A stretch of 64,000 bases of DNA from Escherichia coli (GCF_022846255.1 NZ_AP025682.1); one strand, 5' to 3'. Positions 40,501 to 54,611 are shown, counted from the first letter of the stretch. The notes: generated from the sequence alone by a model not told the origin. Translations and numbers: made by a program.

Positions 40501-43500
40501 AGTTGCCTGACGACGGCGAACAAGCCTGCCAGCAGCATTACGCTGGAGGTGGTTGATAAAGCGCAATGGAATGCGGGGAATAACGCGGCAAAGCTGAAAA
40601 AAGGTGAGACACTACAGGTTAAAGTGACAGTAAAAGACTCGCAGGGTAACGCGTTAGCGGATATGCCATTTACCCTCAGTCGCGGTGATGGCTATACCCG
40701 TAGCGGCGAAAAACATATTGCCGGTAGCGGCGATGCGCTGGTAGCGCCCGTGGTGGTCAATGGCGGGTTGGCAGATGAAACAACGTTGAATGACACTGCA
40801 ACGGTGTATACCGCCATGACCGGCAGCGACGGCAGCAAAATCCTTAATATTACCCGCCCGGATACCCACGGCACCAAAACGGCGCTGACGGCAACGCTTT
40901 ACTCCGATGCGACGAAAAAAGACAGCCTGGACACGATCTTTACGGTGGTTACCAGCCCGGATAGCAGCCAGGCGAAAATGTGGGGGCATATGCCGGAAAC
41001 GGTGACGGCTGAGGACGGTACGGTCTTTAAACGCCCGCGGTTACTGAAGGAACTGAGCAGTCAGACTGGGCGAACATCAACGCTTGAAGACAACGAAAAC
41101 TGGGCGTTGTTTAACATTAATTATGCGAGCTCTTCCACGACGTATAGTGGCTGTGGAACCAACTATATTCCAACTCAGGCTGGTCTGACGTCACTGTTTG
41201 CTAATAATGCGGGCAACACCATGAAAACCGTGCAGGGCTGGCCGGTGGCAACGCGCTATTTGTCCAACACGTCCGACAATGGCAGCATGGAGCAGCGTAA
41301 CTACAAGGCGGTCGATCTCAGCAATGGCACGAGTGCGGCAGTGTCATCAACGGCGCTGCAACTGCTGACCTGTCAGACTACACCGGTAACCACGGTGAGC
41401 CAAATCCTGCTGGAAGCGGCAGATCCGGCGACGCTGGATACCACCTATAACGTGGTAAAAGCGAAAAAAGGCGAAGAATCCGTGGTGCGCGTCACCACCA
41501 AAGATGCACAAGGCAACCTGGTGGGCAATACGGCATTTATCCTGACGCGTGCCAACAGCGTGAGTCGGGCTAATGCATCAGCGACGATGAGCGTGGGCTC
41601 GTTGACGGTGACGGATGCCTGGGGCAATACGCGAAATAATTTCCAGTCGACAAGTGAAACCATTTACGGCGTGACCGGTGCTGATGGGGCAACGACATTG
41701 ACCCTGAAACAGGATAACAGTACCGGGTTAAGAACCGATCTCACGGCAAAACTGGATACGTCCAGCAGCGTCAAGGCAACGCTACCGGTGGTCTTTACCG
41801 TCGTGACCAGCCCGGATTCGCCAAAAGCGAATTTTTGGGGACATATGGCCGAAACGGTGGCGGCCTCCGATGGCTCGGTTTATAAGCGACCATTGCTGTT
41901 TGGCGAACTGACCAACAACTATGCGCGATATAGCACGCTTGAGAACGGAGAAAGCTGGGCAAGATTCACCTCGACTCAGTCGATTGACACCAGCATGAAT
42001 GGGTGTGGTACAGATTATATGCCGACGCTGGATGGTCTGAAGTCTTTGTATGACGCCAATAGCGGTAATGCGATGAATACGGTGCAGGGATGGCCGGTAA
42101 ATACGAGTTATCTCACCAACACCCCGAGTGATACACAAGCAGGGAGCCGTTACTACAATGTGGTGCAACTGAATTCTGGCGCGGTTTCGCAAATCGTATC
42201 CACAGTGCTGGCGTTACAAACCTGCCGCACGACGCCGTTGACGACTGCCAGCCAGATTACGCTGGAAGCCGCGGATCCTGCGCAGTTTGTCAGCATTGAT
42301 AGTACGCTTAGCGCTGTCAAAGCGAAGAAGGGCGATGAGGTGTCGATCCGCATTTCGACTAAAGATGCGCAGGGGAATTTAGTCGGCAATACGCCGTTTG
42401 CCCTGAAACACGCGAACTCGATCAATCGTCAAAATGTGACGTCATCGCAGAAAGTGTCGGTCACGACTGCAGCGGGTACGACGGTGGATACCAGTGCAGC
42501 GACCATCCTGTATGGCGTAACCGGGCCAGACGGAACGACGACGATGGCGCTCCGACAGGATGCGTCCACCGGACTACGAACCGACTTTTATGCCTTGTTG
42601 AACGATACCGGCGTGTCGTCGGGCACCTTGCCGGTGATCTTTACCGTTATCACCAGCCCGGACACGCCGCTGGCGGCCAACTGGGGCCATATGGCGGAAA
42701 CCTTTACCAGCAGCGAAGGCGTTACCTTCAAGCGGCCTTTCCTCAAAGCTGAACTTTCCGGCGGTACGGCGAAAACGGTCAATAATGAAGTCTGGTCGCT
42801 CCTGACATCGACTGAGAAAGCGGACGCCAGCAAGGCCGGGTGTGATGAGGCGTATCAACCGCAGACGACAGACATGCAGGGGCTGTATGCCGATTATCCT
42901 AACGGCCAACTGGCAACGGTGCTCGGCTTGCCGACTGCCGCCGGGAACTGGTGGGATTATGACATGATGGCGGCAGTGAGCAATAGCTGGAGTTACCAGG
43001 TGTTTTCGCCGGGTAATGGCCAAACGATTCAGGCATCGTCCGGCTATACGGCGGTAGTGATGTGTCTGGTAAAACCACATACGGAAGCGGCCACAATAGA
43101 GATTACCTCGACGGCGCAGGACGCAGCAAAATCGGCCAGTAATGGTGGACGACCGAGCGCCGTAGCGAAGAAAGGTGAGACGATTCCGTTGACGGTGACC
43201 GTGCGTGATAGCGCCGGGAACCCGATGCCATATGCCGACTTTACCCTCTCGCGTGAAACGACGCTGGATCGCTCGAAAACAGCTGTTAACAGTGCGGTGG
43301 ACGATCTTACCGTAACGGCATTGGTACCGGCGAACAGGGATAGCGTGTTGACAGCGAGCGGAGCAAAAACTCTCGCAACGACGGGCAGCGATGGCACTGC
43401 CACCTTTGAGGTGGGGCAGTACTCTACGACCGGGCTGGCGACGCCGTTAACCGTGACGCTGGCGCGTGATACGACGAAAGCTGCCACGCTGGATGTTATC

Positions 43501-45615
43501 TACACGGTGATCACCAGCCCGGATTCGCCGAGTGCGAAATTCTGGGGGCATATGCCAGACACCTTTACCAGCTCGGCGGGCGTCACCTTCAAACGGCCGT
43601 TGCTGAAAGCCGAAGCGACGTCAGGCTCATCAATTAGCACTAACGGTAACGGTGAAGTGTGGGCGTATATGAGCAACTTGCAAAATTTAACATCGACAGA
43701 TTGCCCGCTGGAGTATCAGCCGCGCAGCAACGAGCTGTTGGATTTATATAGCGATCACCCGAACGGCGCGATAATGACTGACCTGGGGCTACCGATATAT
43801 GCAGGCAAGTGGTGGGCTTATGATATGGTCATGCCGGATTTATATACGTGGCAGTATCAGACTGTCAGCCTGAGCACCGGAGATATCGCGAAGAGCTCGT
43901 CAACCAACGCGCTGATGCTTTGCCTGACGAAGCCGCATCCGGCAGGCGTCAGCGTAATGTTGACGTCATCCGCAATGGATAACGCCAGAAGCCTCAGTAA
44001 TGGCGGGCGACCTAGCGCGTCAGTGAAAAAAGGCAACCCACTGCCAATTGTAGTGACGGTCAAAGATCGTGATGACAACCCGCTGGCGGGAGAGGCCGTG
44101 ACGCTCAGGCGTGGTTCAGCGATGAGCCGTTCAGGAGCAGTAGTGGGCACGCCGGCAAATGCAATGACGTTGACAGAGTTGACACCCGTGTCGGCGGAGT
44201 TTTCTCTGGCCGCACACGATACGCAATGGCAAGGTTTCACCGGCAGTGATGGTACGGTCACTTTCAATGTTGAACAGCCTGAGACCATCGGCCTGGCCAT
44301 CCCGTTCACCGCTATACTGGCGCGAGATGTGGCAACCACAACTGTCCTTGATGCGATCTTTACCGTCGTCACCAGCCCGGATTCCACAATGGCGACCTAC
44401 TGGGGTCATATGCCGGATACGGTCACGGCGGAAAACGGCGTGGTCTTTGAACGGCCTAAATTGTTGAAAGAGTTGCCGTCGAGCACCGGAATTAGTCAGG
44501 TGACGGATAACAATGAAGTCTGGCCGCTGTTTAAGGCAACGCAAAGGGAAGATAGCAGCCTCAGTCCTTGTGAAGCGGCGCGTCGGCCATTGAGCGATGA
44601 TTTAGAATCGCTCTACGCGCGCTATCCGGGGAACACGCTGACGACACAAATCGGTTGGTCTACGCGGTATACATGGTGGGCGCTGGATAACTGGCAGGGG
44701 AATGCCCAGGTTGTTAGTCTGAGTGATGGCTTAAAGTGGTCGACGGTGAATACCGCGTATCAAGGGTGTCTGGTTAACCCGCGCGCGACGGTCTCCAGCG
44801 TCACGCTGACATCAACGGCGCTGGATGACGCCACACAGGCGGCGACGGTGAAAAAAGGCGACGCCGCGCCCATTGTCGTTACCGTAAAAGACAGCGCCGG
44901 GAAGCCGGTGCCAAATATCGCTTTTACCCTAAAACGCGGTGAGGCCGTGCCACGTAACAGCGGGGCGACGCTGTATGGCGATGTGGATGCGATGGACGAT
45001 TTGGCCGTGCAACCTTCATCCGGTGCGGCAGTCACGTTGGCTGACAGCGGAAATACCATCGACGGAGTCACGGGAGCGGACGGTACGGCAAGCTTTACCG
45101 TTCGTCAGGATAATACGCCAGGATATAAAACGCCGTTGACGGTGACGCTAACGGATAACGCCACCATAACGGCGACGCTGGACACGATTTTCACCGTGCC
45201 GACCAGCCCGAATGTCGCCACGGCGTATTTCTGGGGTCATATGGCGGATACCGCCACGGTAAGTGGCAAGACGCTGCATCGCCCGCTATTAAAATCGGAG
45301 TTGCCGTCAGGCGCTACCGCAGCAGCAACGCCTGATGTAAATAATGAAACCTGGGCGCTGGCGCATGTTATGGATTCCTCTAAATGGGATGTCGCGCAGC
45401 AGTGCGGCAGTATGAATAACGTGCCGAGCAGTGCCGAATTACAAACATTACACTCCGGCTTTAGCACATTGGGATGGCCGTCCTCGATAAGCTTCCCGTA
45501 TTTATCTACTGATAAGGCTGGGTCGTTCTATTGTGGTGTTGATGAAGGCTCTGGCAGTCTCAACTGTGGCATTCAGCCTGCGAAAACGCCGGGGTTTGCA
45601 ACCTGTTTCCAATAA
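37534..45615 (+). CDS. ratA: Giant RatA-like secreted protein with nine tandem Ig-like (Big_1-type) plus TSPD..WGHM repeat modules
   Basis: 2693-aa ORF with signal peptide ([28 protein letters not shown]); a Big_1-like segment (e.g. [31 protein letters not shown]) alternates with a conserved module ([18 protein letters not shown]...KRP.L). Symbol is by resemblance to the Salmonella CS54 island protein, from memory. Confidence 0.8.
38170..45615 (+). repeat. Nine in-frame tandem repeats (about 804-861 bp each) within the ratA-like gene
   Basis: The anchor ACCAGCCCGGA (TSPD) recurs at 38497, 39301, 40105, 40951, 41806, 42652, 43513, 44371 and 45202, each followed about 30 nt later by TGGGG(C/A/T)CATATG (WGHM); all spacings are multiples of three (268-287 codons). 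Confidence 0.85.
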
Positions 45616-45647
45616 CCTTATCCACCTTGTCAATATGAGGTTCTGAA

Positions 45648-47066
<1,419 letters not shown>

Positions 47067-47109
47067 TTATTCAGTCGATAGTAACCCGCCCTCCGGGGAT
47101 AGCAAGCAT

Positions 47110-47160
47110 TTTTTGCAAAAAGGGGTAGATGCAATCGGTTACGCTCTGTATAATGCCGCG
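47110..47160 (+). promoter_or_regulatory. Probable guaBA promoter (-10 TATAAT at 47149-47154, with an upstream A/T-rich UP-like tract)
   Basis: TATAAT hexamer about 44 bp upstream of the guaB ATG, preceded by attttttgcaaaaagg; I could not identify a convincing -35 hexamer. Confidence 0.4.
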
Positions 47161-47197
47161 GCAATATTTATTAACCACTCTGGTCGAGATATTGCCC

Positions 47198-48664
47198 ATG
47201 CTACGTATCGCTAAAGAAGCTCTGACGTTTGACGACGTTCTCCTCGTTCCTGCTCATTCTACCGTTCTGCCGAATACTGCTGACCTCAGCACCCAGCTGA
47301 CGAAAACTATTCGTCTGAATATCCCTATGCTTTCCGCAGCAATGGATACCGTAACGGAAGCGCGCCTGGCTATTGCTCTGGCTCAGGAAGGCGGTATCGG
47401 CTTTATCCACAAAAACATGTCCATTGAACGCCAGGCAGAAGAAGTTCGCCGTGTGAAAAAACACGAATCTGGCGTGGTAACCGATCCGCAGACCGTACTG
47501 CCAACCACGACGCTGCGTGAAGTGAAAGAACTGACCGAGCGTAACGGCTTTGCTGGCTACCCGGTTGTTACCGAAGAAAACGAACTGGTCGGCATTATCA
47601 CCGGTCGTGACGTGCGTTTTGTGACCGACTTGAGCCAGCCGGTTAGCGTTTACATGACGCCGAAAGAGCGTCTGGTAACCGTGCGTGAAGGCGAAGCCCG
47701 TGAAGTGGTGCTGGCAAAAATGCACGAAAAACGCGTTGAAAAAGCGCTGGTGGTTGATGATGAATTCCACCTGATCGGCATGATCACTGTGAAGGATTTC
47801 CAGAAAGCGGAACGTAAACCGAACGCGTGTAAAGACGAACAAGGCCGTCTGCGTGTAGGTGCAGCGGTTGGCGCGGGCGCTGGTAACGAAGAGCGTGTTG
47901 ATGCGCTGGTTGCCGCAGGCGTTGACGTTCTGCTGATCGACTCCTCTCACGGTCACTCTGAAGGTGTTCTGCAGCGTATCCGTGAAACTCGCGCTAAATA
48001 TCCTGACCTGCAAATCATCGGCGGCAACGTGGCAACTGCTGCAGGTGCCCGCGCGCTGGCAGAAGCCGGTTGCAGTGCCGTTAAAGTGGGTATCGGCCCT
48101 GGTTCTATCTGTACGACGCGTATCGTGACTGGTGTCGGTGTTCCGCAGATCACCGCCGTTGCTGATGCAGTAGAAGCCCTGGAAGGTACCGGCATTCCGG
48201 TTATCGCTGACGGCGGTATCCGTTTCTCAGGCGATATCGCTAAAGCTATCGCCGCTGGCGCAAGCGCGGTGATGGTAGGTTCCATGCTGGCAGGTACTGA
48301 AGAATCTCCGGGTGAAATCGAACTCTACCAGGGCCGTTCTTACAAATCTTACCGTGGTATGGGTTCCCTGGGCGCGATGTCCAAAGGTTCTTCTGACCGT
48401 TACTTCCAGAGCGACAACGCTGCCGACAAACTGGTGCCAGAAGGTATCGAAGGCCGCGTAGCCTATAAAGGTCGCCTGAAAGAGATCATTCACCAGCAGA
48501 TGGGCGGCCTGCGCTCCTGTATGGGCCTGACCGGCTGTGGTACTATCGACGAACTGCGTACTAAAGCGGAGTTTGTACGTATCAGCGGTGCGGGCATTCA
48601 GGAAAGCCACGTTCACGACGTGACCATTACTAAAGAGTCCCCGAACTACCGTCTGGGCTCCTGA
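47198..48664 (+). CDS. guaB: IMP dehydrogenase GuaB
   Basis: 488 aa from [19 protein letters not shown] with the catalytic loop [11 protein letters not shown] and CBS domains; the track ORF begins 23 codons upstream at 47129. Confidence 0.95.
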   Translation: MLRIAKEALTFDDVLLVPAHSTVLPNTADLSTQLTKTIRLNIPMLSAAMDTVTEARLAIALAQEGGIGFIHKNMSIERQAEEVRRVKKHESGVVTDPQTVLPTTTLREVKELTERNGFAGYPVVTEENELVGIITGRDVRFVTDLSQPVSVYMTPKERLVTVREGEAREVVLAKMHEKRVEKALVVDDEFHLIGMITVKDFQKAERKPNACKDEQGRLRVGAAVGAGAGNEERVDALVAAGVDVLLIDSSHGHSEGVLQRIRETRAKYPDLQIIGGNVATAAGARALAEAGCSAVKVGIGPGSICTTRIVTGVGVPQITAVADAVEALEGTGIPVIADGGIRFSGDIAKAIAAGASAVMVGSMLAGTEESPGEIELYQGRSYKSYRGMGSLGAMSKGSSDRYFQSDNAADKLVPEGIEGRVAYKGRLKEIIHQQMGGLRSCMGLTGCGTIDELRTKAEFVRISGAGIQESHVHDVTITKESPNYRLGS

Positions 48665-48732
48665 TTCTCTTCGCCCGACTTCATGTCGGGCGATTTATAT
48701 TATCTGTTTCACTTGCCTCGGAATAAGCGTCA

Positions 48733-50310
48733 ATGACGGAAAACATTCATAAGCATCGCATCCTCATTCTGGACTTCGGTTCCCAGTATACTCAACTGGT
48801 TGCGCGCCGCGTGCGTGAACTGGGGGTTTACTGCGAACTGTGGGCGTGGGATGTGACAGAAGCACAAATTCGTGACTTCAATCCAAGCGGCATTATTCTT
48901 TCCGGCGGCCCGGAAAGTACTACTGAAGAAAACAGCCCGCGTGCGCCGCAGTATGTCTTTGAAGCAGGCGTACCGGTATTCGGCGTTTGCTATGGTATGC
49001 AGACCATGGCGATGCAGTTGGGCGGTCACGTTGAGGCTTCTAATGAACGTGAATTTGGCTACGCGCAGGTTGAAGTCGTAAACGACAGCGCACTGGTTCG
49101 CGGTATCGAAGATGCGCTGACCGCAGATGGTAAACCGCTGCTGGACGTCTGGATGAGCCACGGCGATAAAGTTACCGCTATCCCGTCCGACTTCGTCACT
49201 GTAGCCAGCACCGAAAGCTGCCCGTTTGCCATCATGGCCAACGAAGAAAAACGCTTCTATGGCGTACAGTTCCACCCGGAAGTGACTCACACCCGCCAGG
49301 GTATGCGCATGCTGGAGCGTTTTGTGCGTGATATCTGCCAGTGTGAAGCCCTGTGGACGCCAGCGAAAATTATCGACGACGCTGTAGCTCGCATCCGCGA
49401 GCAGGTAGGCGACGATAAAGTCATCCTCGGCCTCTCTGGTGGCGTGGATTCCTCCGTAACCGCAATGCTGTTGCACCGCGCTATCGGTAAAAACCTGACT
49501 TGCGTATTCGTCGACAACGGCCTGCTGCGTCTCAACGAAGCAGAGCAGGTTCTGGATATGTTTGGCGATCACTTTGGTCTGAATATTGTTCACGTACCGG
49601 CAGAAGATCGCTTCTTGTCAGCGCTGGCTGGCGAAAATGATCCGGAAGCAAAACGTAAAATCATCGGTCGCGTTTTCGTTGAAGTATTCGATGAAGAAGC
49701 GCTGAAACTGGAAGACGTGAAGTGGCTGGCGCAGGGCACCATCTACCCTGACGTTATCGAATCTGCGGCGTCTGCAACCGGTAAAGCGCACGTCATCAAA
49801 TCTCACCACAACGTGGGCGGCCTGCCGAAAGAGATGAAGATGGGGCTGGTTGAACCGCTGAAAGAGCTGTTCAAAGACGAAGTGCGTAAGATTGGTCTGG
49901 AGCTGGGCCTGCCGTACGACATGCTCTACCGTCACCCGTTCCCGGGACCAGGCCTCGGCGTTCGTGTTCTGGGTGAAGTGAAGAAAGAGTACTGTGACCT
50001 GCTGCGCCGTGCTGACGCCATCTTCATTGAAGAACTGCGTAAAGCGGACCTGTACGACAAAGTCAGCCAGGCGTTCACCGTCTTCCTGCCAGTACGTTCC
50101 GTTGGCGTAATGGGCGATGGTCGTAAGTATGACTGGGTTGTCTCTCTGCGTGCTGTCGAAACCATCGACTTTATGACCGCACACTGGGCACATTTGCCGT
50201 ACGATTTCCTCGGTCGCGTTTCCAACCGCATTATCAATGAAGTGAATGGTATTTCCCGCGTGGTGTATGACATCAGCGGCAAGCCACCAGCGACTATTGA
50301 GTGGGAATGA
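48733..50310 (+). CDS. guaA: GMP synthase (glutamine-hydrolysing) GuaA
   Basis: 525 aa with glutaminase catalytic Cys (GVCYGMQ) and PP-loop SGGVDSS, ending IEWE. Confidence 0.95.
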   Translation: MTENIHKHRILILDFGSQYTQLVARRVRELGVYCELWAWDVTEAQIRDFNPSGIILSGGPESTTEENSPRAPQYVFEAGVPVFGVCYGMQTMAMQLGGHVEASNEREFGYAQVEVVNDSALVRGIEDALTADGKPLLDVWMSHGDKVTAIPSDFVTVASTESCPFAIMANEEKRFYGVQFHPEVTHTRQGMRMLERFVRDICQCEALWTPAKIIDDAVARIREQVGDDKVILGLSGGVDSSVTAMLLHRAIGKNLTCVFVDNGLLRLNEAEQVLDMFGDHFGLNIVHVPAEDRFLSALAGENDPEAKRKIIGRVFVEVFDEEALKLEDVKWLAQGTIYPDVIESAASATGKAHVIKSHHNVGGLPKEMKMGLVEPLKELFKDEVRKIGLELGLPYDMLYRHPFPGPGLGVRVLGEVKKEYCDLLRRADAIFIEELRKADLYDKVSQAFTVFLPVRSVGVMGDGRKYDWVVSLRAVETIDFMTAHWAHLPYDFLGRVSNRIINEVNGISRVVYDISGKPPATIEWE

Positions 50311-50333
50311 TTTGACTCTGCACTATGAATGAA

Positions 50334-50366
50334 CAAAACCCTCTGTTACTACAGAGGGTTTTTTAT
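50334..50366. terminator. Bidirectional intrinsic terminator between convergent guaA and yfgI
   Basis: aaaaccctctgt-tact-acagagggtttttt: A-tract, 8-bp GC stem, T-tract. Confidence 0.7.
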
Positions 50367-50402
50367 ACTCACGAATCATAGGATTGAAGTTACTAACATC
50401 GA

Positions 50403-50942
50403 TTAATTAAACCAGCTATCTGATTTATTCTCTTCTGCTTTACCCACGCTTTTCATCAGATCGCGACCGCCTTCAGTCATATTTCTGTTTGCGTCAGCTT
50501 CAGATTGCACCACATCGGTTTGCGCAGCTTTGTGCTTCAGTTCCTGATCGATAAATTCGTTTTCGCGCTTAACGCGGGCTTCTTCTTTCGCCAGCGCCAG
50601 TTTTTGTTTCTGAATCTCTAAGCTGCGTAGCTCATCTTCATAACTTTGATCGCGTTTTTTGTCCGCAGTGGCTTCGGCGTCCAGTTTATCCTGACGAGCT
50701 TTCTTATTCGCTGCTGCCGTTGCCGCTCTTTTATTAGCCGCGGCCTGGGCGTTTGCGCGACGTTGCTTCTCTTGCTGGATTTCCCTGTTGCGCTCCGCGA
50801 CCCATTCGTCATGCTGCCTTTGCTCTTCATTTTTACCTTGCTGTTCCGCTTCTGCGACAGCCGAGAGTTGATCCTGCAATGATGAGGCGATAGCCGGATA
50901 GCTTAAGGAGGCTAAGATGGTGCAAAGAAAAACTTTCTTCAT
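50403..50942 (-). CDS. yfgI: Secreted coiled-coil protein YfgI
   Basis: 179 aa with signal peptide (MKKVFLCTILASLSYPAIA) and a K/A/Q/E-rich low-complexity helical region; conserved K-12 position. Confidence 0.8.
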   Translation of the reverse strand: MKKVFLCTILASLSYPAIASSLQDQLSAVAEAEQQGKNEEQRQHDEWVAERNREIQQEKQRRANAQAAANKRAATAAANKKARQDKLDAEATADKKRDQSYEDELRSLEIQKQKLALAKEEARVKRENEFIDQELKHKAAQTDVVQSEADANRNMTEGGRDLMKSVGKAEENKSDSWFN

Positions 50943-50957
50943 GACTCCTCCTGATCA

Positions 50958-51476
50958 TTAGCTCTTTTCAGGACATTTCGTATTTGGCTGAATACGCGTT
51001 TCGTTATACGTCGTGGTAATAACAACGGCTAAACCTGTCGTAAACTGGCACTCTTTACCCACCTGGGTGGAGGTATACACTTTGGTGCCTTCCTTATATG
51101 TTAAAGAAACACCTTCCACTAAGGTTTTATCATTCACCATAGAACCCGCTGCCGCGCCTACAGCTCCGCCGCCAACTGCACCTGCCGTCGTTCCGGAATT
51201 GCTGCCAGACCCGACGTTGTGGCCGATAACACCGCCAGCGACAGCGCCAATAAGCGCGCCGAAGGCTTGTGCGTTCCGTTTATTTTGGGCGTTGTCTACG
51301 GCAACTTTTGCGGGAAGAATGGAAATAATATTAACGGTTTTAGTTTCTTGTTTGGTATTCAGTTGATCGGTTTGATAAACATCGGCGGTATGATCATCAG
51401 CATTTGACTGGCATCCTGCCAGAGTGAATGACGCTAACATTGCCACAGGCAGAAGACATTTTTTAAATTTCATCAC
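50958..51476 (-). CDS. yfgH: Outer-membrane lipoprotein YfgH (glycine-zipper)
   Basis: 172 aa with lipobox (SFTLAGCQS) and GxxxG glycine-zipper repeats (GALIGAVAGGVIGHNVGSGSNSGTTAGAVGGGAVGAAAG). Confidence 0.8.
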   Translation of the reverse strand: MMKFKKCLLPVAMLASFTLAGCQSNADDHTADVYQTDQLNTKQETKTVNIISILPAKVAVDNAQNKRNAQAFGALIGAVAGGVIGHNVGSGSNSGTTAGAVGGGAVGAAAGSMVNDKTLVEGVSLTYKEGTKVYTSTQVGKECQFTTGLAVVITTTYNETRIQPNTKCPEKS

Positions 51477-51786
51477 TATTCCTTGTTATACACATTACGA
51501 AAAATAAGACATTTAAGATCATCAAAAGAGGAAAGTAAATGTATTGCGTATAAAGGAATAGATTAAATTTATTAAAATTCATGCGGGAAATAATTTATAA
51601 AAATACATCATCACAACATATGTATTAATGATGTATTTATTTCGCAGCCGAACAGGATGAACTTCAGTCAGAACAAAGACGTAAAATTTAAGATGAAAGA
51701 ATATCTGCCGCTTTGATAATCTCAAAGAGCAAAAGCATCCGACAGCGAGGTGCCGTTATGTTCTGTGAGAGTGGAGAAGGTAACCG

Positions 51787-51978
51787 CTAACGTTGTACCG
51801 GTGATTCGACGGAGAGTGTGGATTGCTGAGCTTCTTTTTTGCTCTGATGGTGCTGCCAGGCACCGACGGACGAGTAGATAAAACGGCCAAAGAAGAAGAT
51901 AAAGCTGATGAGCAGTACGATACGGGTCATGCGACTGTTAAATCGGTGTCGTTTTCGCATACTGGTTGCCTGACTCAC
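51787..51978 (-). CDS. yfgG: Small membrane protein YfgG
   Basis: 63 aa (MSQATSMRKRHRFNSRMTRIVLLISFIFFFGRFIY...), one transmembrane helix; conserved position upstream of pdeF. Confidence 0.7.
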   Translation of the reverse strand: MSQATSMRKRHRFNSRMTRIVLLISFIFFFGRFIYSSVGAWQHHQSKKEAQQSTLSVESPVQR

Positions 51979-52329
51979 AAAAGGTTCCTTGAAGTATGTC
52001 CCACGCCGTGGACGGTACTTACATTAAGGCACAACAGGACAAAATGGTCAATTCTTCGTTATGTAAAAAAGCGTCAGTGGATACATATTTTAATGTTATG
52101 GAAGTTAATTTAATTATTTACAATGATGATGTAATAATGATGAGTTAACATGATAAACGTAATAATTCATTAATCAGGGTTATTTTGTTTGATATATATC
52201 AATTGGAACTTTCATATGACACTTAGAATCATTGCTCTCTATAGTGATGAATAATCATCATTCGAAGTCAGGTGGGATGCCTGTCTGAATACACCTCCTT
52301 CAGGATGTGGGGGATTCTGCTGAGCATCT

Positions 52330-54573
52330 ATGAAACTGAATGCAACTTATATAAAAATACGTGATAAATGGTGGGGGCTTCCGCTGTTCCTGCCTTCTTT
52401 AATCTTGCCCATTTTCGCCCACATTAATACTTTCGCGCATATTTCTTCCGGTGAAGTTTTTCTCTTTTATCTGCCACTGGCATTGATGATCAGCATGATG
52501 ATGTTTTTCAGCTGGGCGGCATTGCCAGGGATCGCCTTAGGGATTTTTGTCCGCAAATATGCAGAGCTGGGTTTTTACGAAACGCTCTCATTAACGGCTA
52601 ATTTTATTATCATTATCATTCTCTGTTGGGGCGGTTACAGGGTTTTTACCCCCCGGCGTAACAACGTTTCACATGGTGATAGCCGTTTAATTTCCCAGCG
52701 ACTATTCTGGCAGATTGTGTTTCCTGCAACGCTGTTTCTGATACTTTTCCAGTTTGCTGCGTTTGTTGGATTACTGGCGAGCAGAGAAAATCTGGTCGGC
52801 GTCATGCCCTTTAACCTCGGGACCTTAATCAATTATCAGGCCTTGCTGGTGGGTAATCTGATTGGTGTCCCGCTGTGCTACTTCATCATTCGGGTGGTGC
52901 GAAATCCGTTTTATTTACGTAGCTATTATTCGCAATTAAAACAGCAGGTTGATGCCAAAGTTACCAAAAAAGAGTTCGCAATCTGGCTACTGGCATTAGG
53001 TGCTTTATTGTTGCTGTTATGCATGCCGTTAAATGAAAAAAGCACGATTTTTAGCACCAATTACACCTTGTCATTATTGCTGCCCCTGATGATGTGGGGA
53101 GCGATGCGCTATGGTTATAAGCTGATTTCATTGCTCTGGGCGGTCGTGTTGATGATCAGCATCCACAGCTATCAAAATTACATTCCCATTTATCCTGGCT
53201 ATACCACGCAGCTGACCATAACCTCCTCCAGTTATCTGGTATTCTCTTTTATTGTCAATTATATGGCTGTACTGGCAACCCGTCAGCGAGCGGTAGTCAG
53301 ACGCATTCAGCGGCTTGCGTATGTGGACCCGGTGGTTCATCTGCCAAATGTTCGCGCCCTGAATCGCGCGTTACGTGATGCCCCCTGGTCTGCGCTTTGT
53401 TATTTACGCATCCCTGGCATGGAAATGCTGGTTAAGAATTATGGCATCATGCTGCGGATTCAATACAAGCAAAAACTTTCTCACTGGCTGTCACCATTGT
53501 TGGAACCGGGTGAAGATGTTTATCAGCTTTCGGGTAACGATCTCGCGCTGCGGCTGAATACAGAATCGCACCAGGAGCGCATTACCGCACTGGATAGCCA
53601 TCTCAAGCAATTTCGTTTCTTTTGGGATGGAATGCCGATGCAACCGCAGATTGGCGTCAGTTACTGCTATGTGCGCTCGCCAGTGAATCATATCTACCTG
53701 CTGCTGGGAGAGCTAAATACAGTGGCCGAACTTTCCATCGTGACCAACGCCCCGGAAAATATGCAGCGTCGCGGAGCAATGTATTTGCAACGCGAATTGA
53801 AAGATAAAGTCGCGATGATGAATCGGCTACAGCGGGCGCTGGAACACAACCATTTTTTCCTGATGGCCCAGCCGATTACCGGTATGCGTGGTGATGTCTA
53901 CCATGAAATTCTTCTGCGCATGAAAGGTGAGAATGATGAACTGATCAGCCCCGATAGCTTCTTACCGGTCGCGCACGAATTTGGTTTATCGTCGAGTATC
54001 GACATGTGGGTCATTGAGCATACGCTGCAATTTATGGCTGAAAACAGAGCGAAGATGCCCGCTCACCGTTTTGCTATTAATCTGTCTCCAACCTCGGTAT
54101 GTCAGGCTCGTTTTCCTGTTGAAGTCAGTCAGCTGCTGGCTAAATATCAGATTGAAGCGTGGCAACTTATTTTTGAAGTCACCGAAAGTAATGCTCTGAC
54201 CAATGTTAAGCAGGCGCAAATCACCTTGCAGCATCTTCAGGAATTAGGCTGCCAGATTGCGATTGATGATTTCGGCACCGGCTACGCCAGCTATGCGCGG
54301 CTTAAAAATGTGAATGCCGATCTGCTTAAAATTGACGGCAGTTTTATCCGCAATATTGTGTCAAATAGTCTGGATTATCAGATAGTGGCGTCGATTTGCC
54401 ACCTGGCGCGAATGAAGAAAATGCGGGTAGTGGCAGAGTACGTTGAAAACGAAGAGATCCGCGAGGCGGTGCTCTCTTTGGGGATCGATTATATGCAGGG
54501 TTATCTTATTGGTAAGCCGCAACCGTTAATTGATACGCTGAATGAAATCGAACCCATTCGCGAAAGTGCCTGA
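52330..54573 (+). CDS. pdeF: c-di-GMP phosphodiesterase PdeF (YfgF): MASE1 membrane domain, degenerate GGDEF, EAL
   Basis: 747 aa; polytopic N-terminus; EAL-domain motifs (EVTESN, DDFGTGYASYARL, KIDGSFIRNI). Confidence 0.9.
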   Translation: MKLNATYIKIRDKWWGLPLFLPSLILPIFAHINTFAHISSGEVFLFYLPLALMISMMMFFSWAALPGIALGIFVRKYAELGFYETLSLTANFIIIIILCWGGYRVFTPRRNNVSHGDSRLISQRLFWQIVFPATLFLILFQFAAFVGLLASRENLVGVMPFNLGTLINYQALLVGNLIGVPLCYFIIRVVRNPFYLRSYYSQLKQQVDAKVTKKEFAIWLLALGALLLLLCMPLNEKSTIFSTNYTLSLLLPLMMWGAMRYGYKLISLLWAVVLMISIHSYQNYIPIYPGYTTQLTITSSSYLVFSFIVNYMAVLATRQRAVVRRIQRLAYVDPVVHLPNVRALNRALRDAPWSALCYLRIPGMEMLVKNYGIMLRIQYKQKLSHWLSPLLEPGEDVYQLSGNDLALRLNTESHQERITALDSHLKQFRFFWDGMPMQPQIGVSYCYVRSPVNHIYLLLGELNTVAELSIVTNAPENMQRRGAMYLQRELKDKVAMMNRLQRALEHNHFFLMAQPITGMRGDVYHEILLRMKGENDELISPDSFLPVAHEFGLSSSIDMWVIEHTLQFMAENRAKMPAHRFAINLSPTSVCQARFPVEVSQLLAKYQIEAWQLIFEVTESNALTNVKQAQITLQHLQELGCQIAIDDFGTGYASYARLKNVNADLLKIDGSFIRNIVSNSLDYQIVASICHLARMKKMRVVAEYVENEEIREAVLSLGIDYMQGYLIGKPQPLIDTLNEIEPIRESA

Positions 54574-54611
54574 ATAATGCGGGCCGACATTTCTCGTCGG
54601 CCCGCAAAGCA

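Noticed and set aside
37534..45615. Possibility that the 840-bp periodicity in ratA is a CRISPR array, a mobile-element array or an assembly artefact
   Set aside because: The units are far longer than CRISPR repeats and spacers, all are in frame within one continuous ORF, and they are diverged at synonymous and non-synonymous positions, which is typical of protein domain repeats rather than collapsed identical copies.
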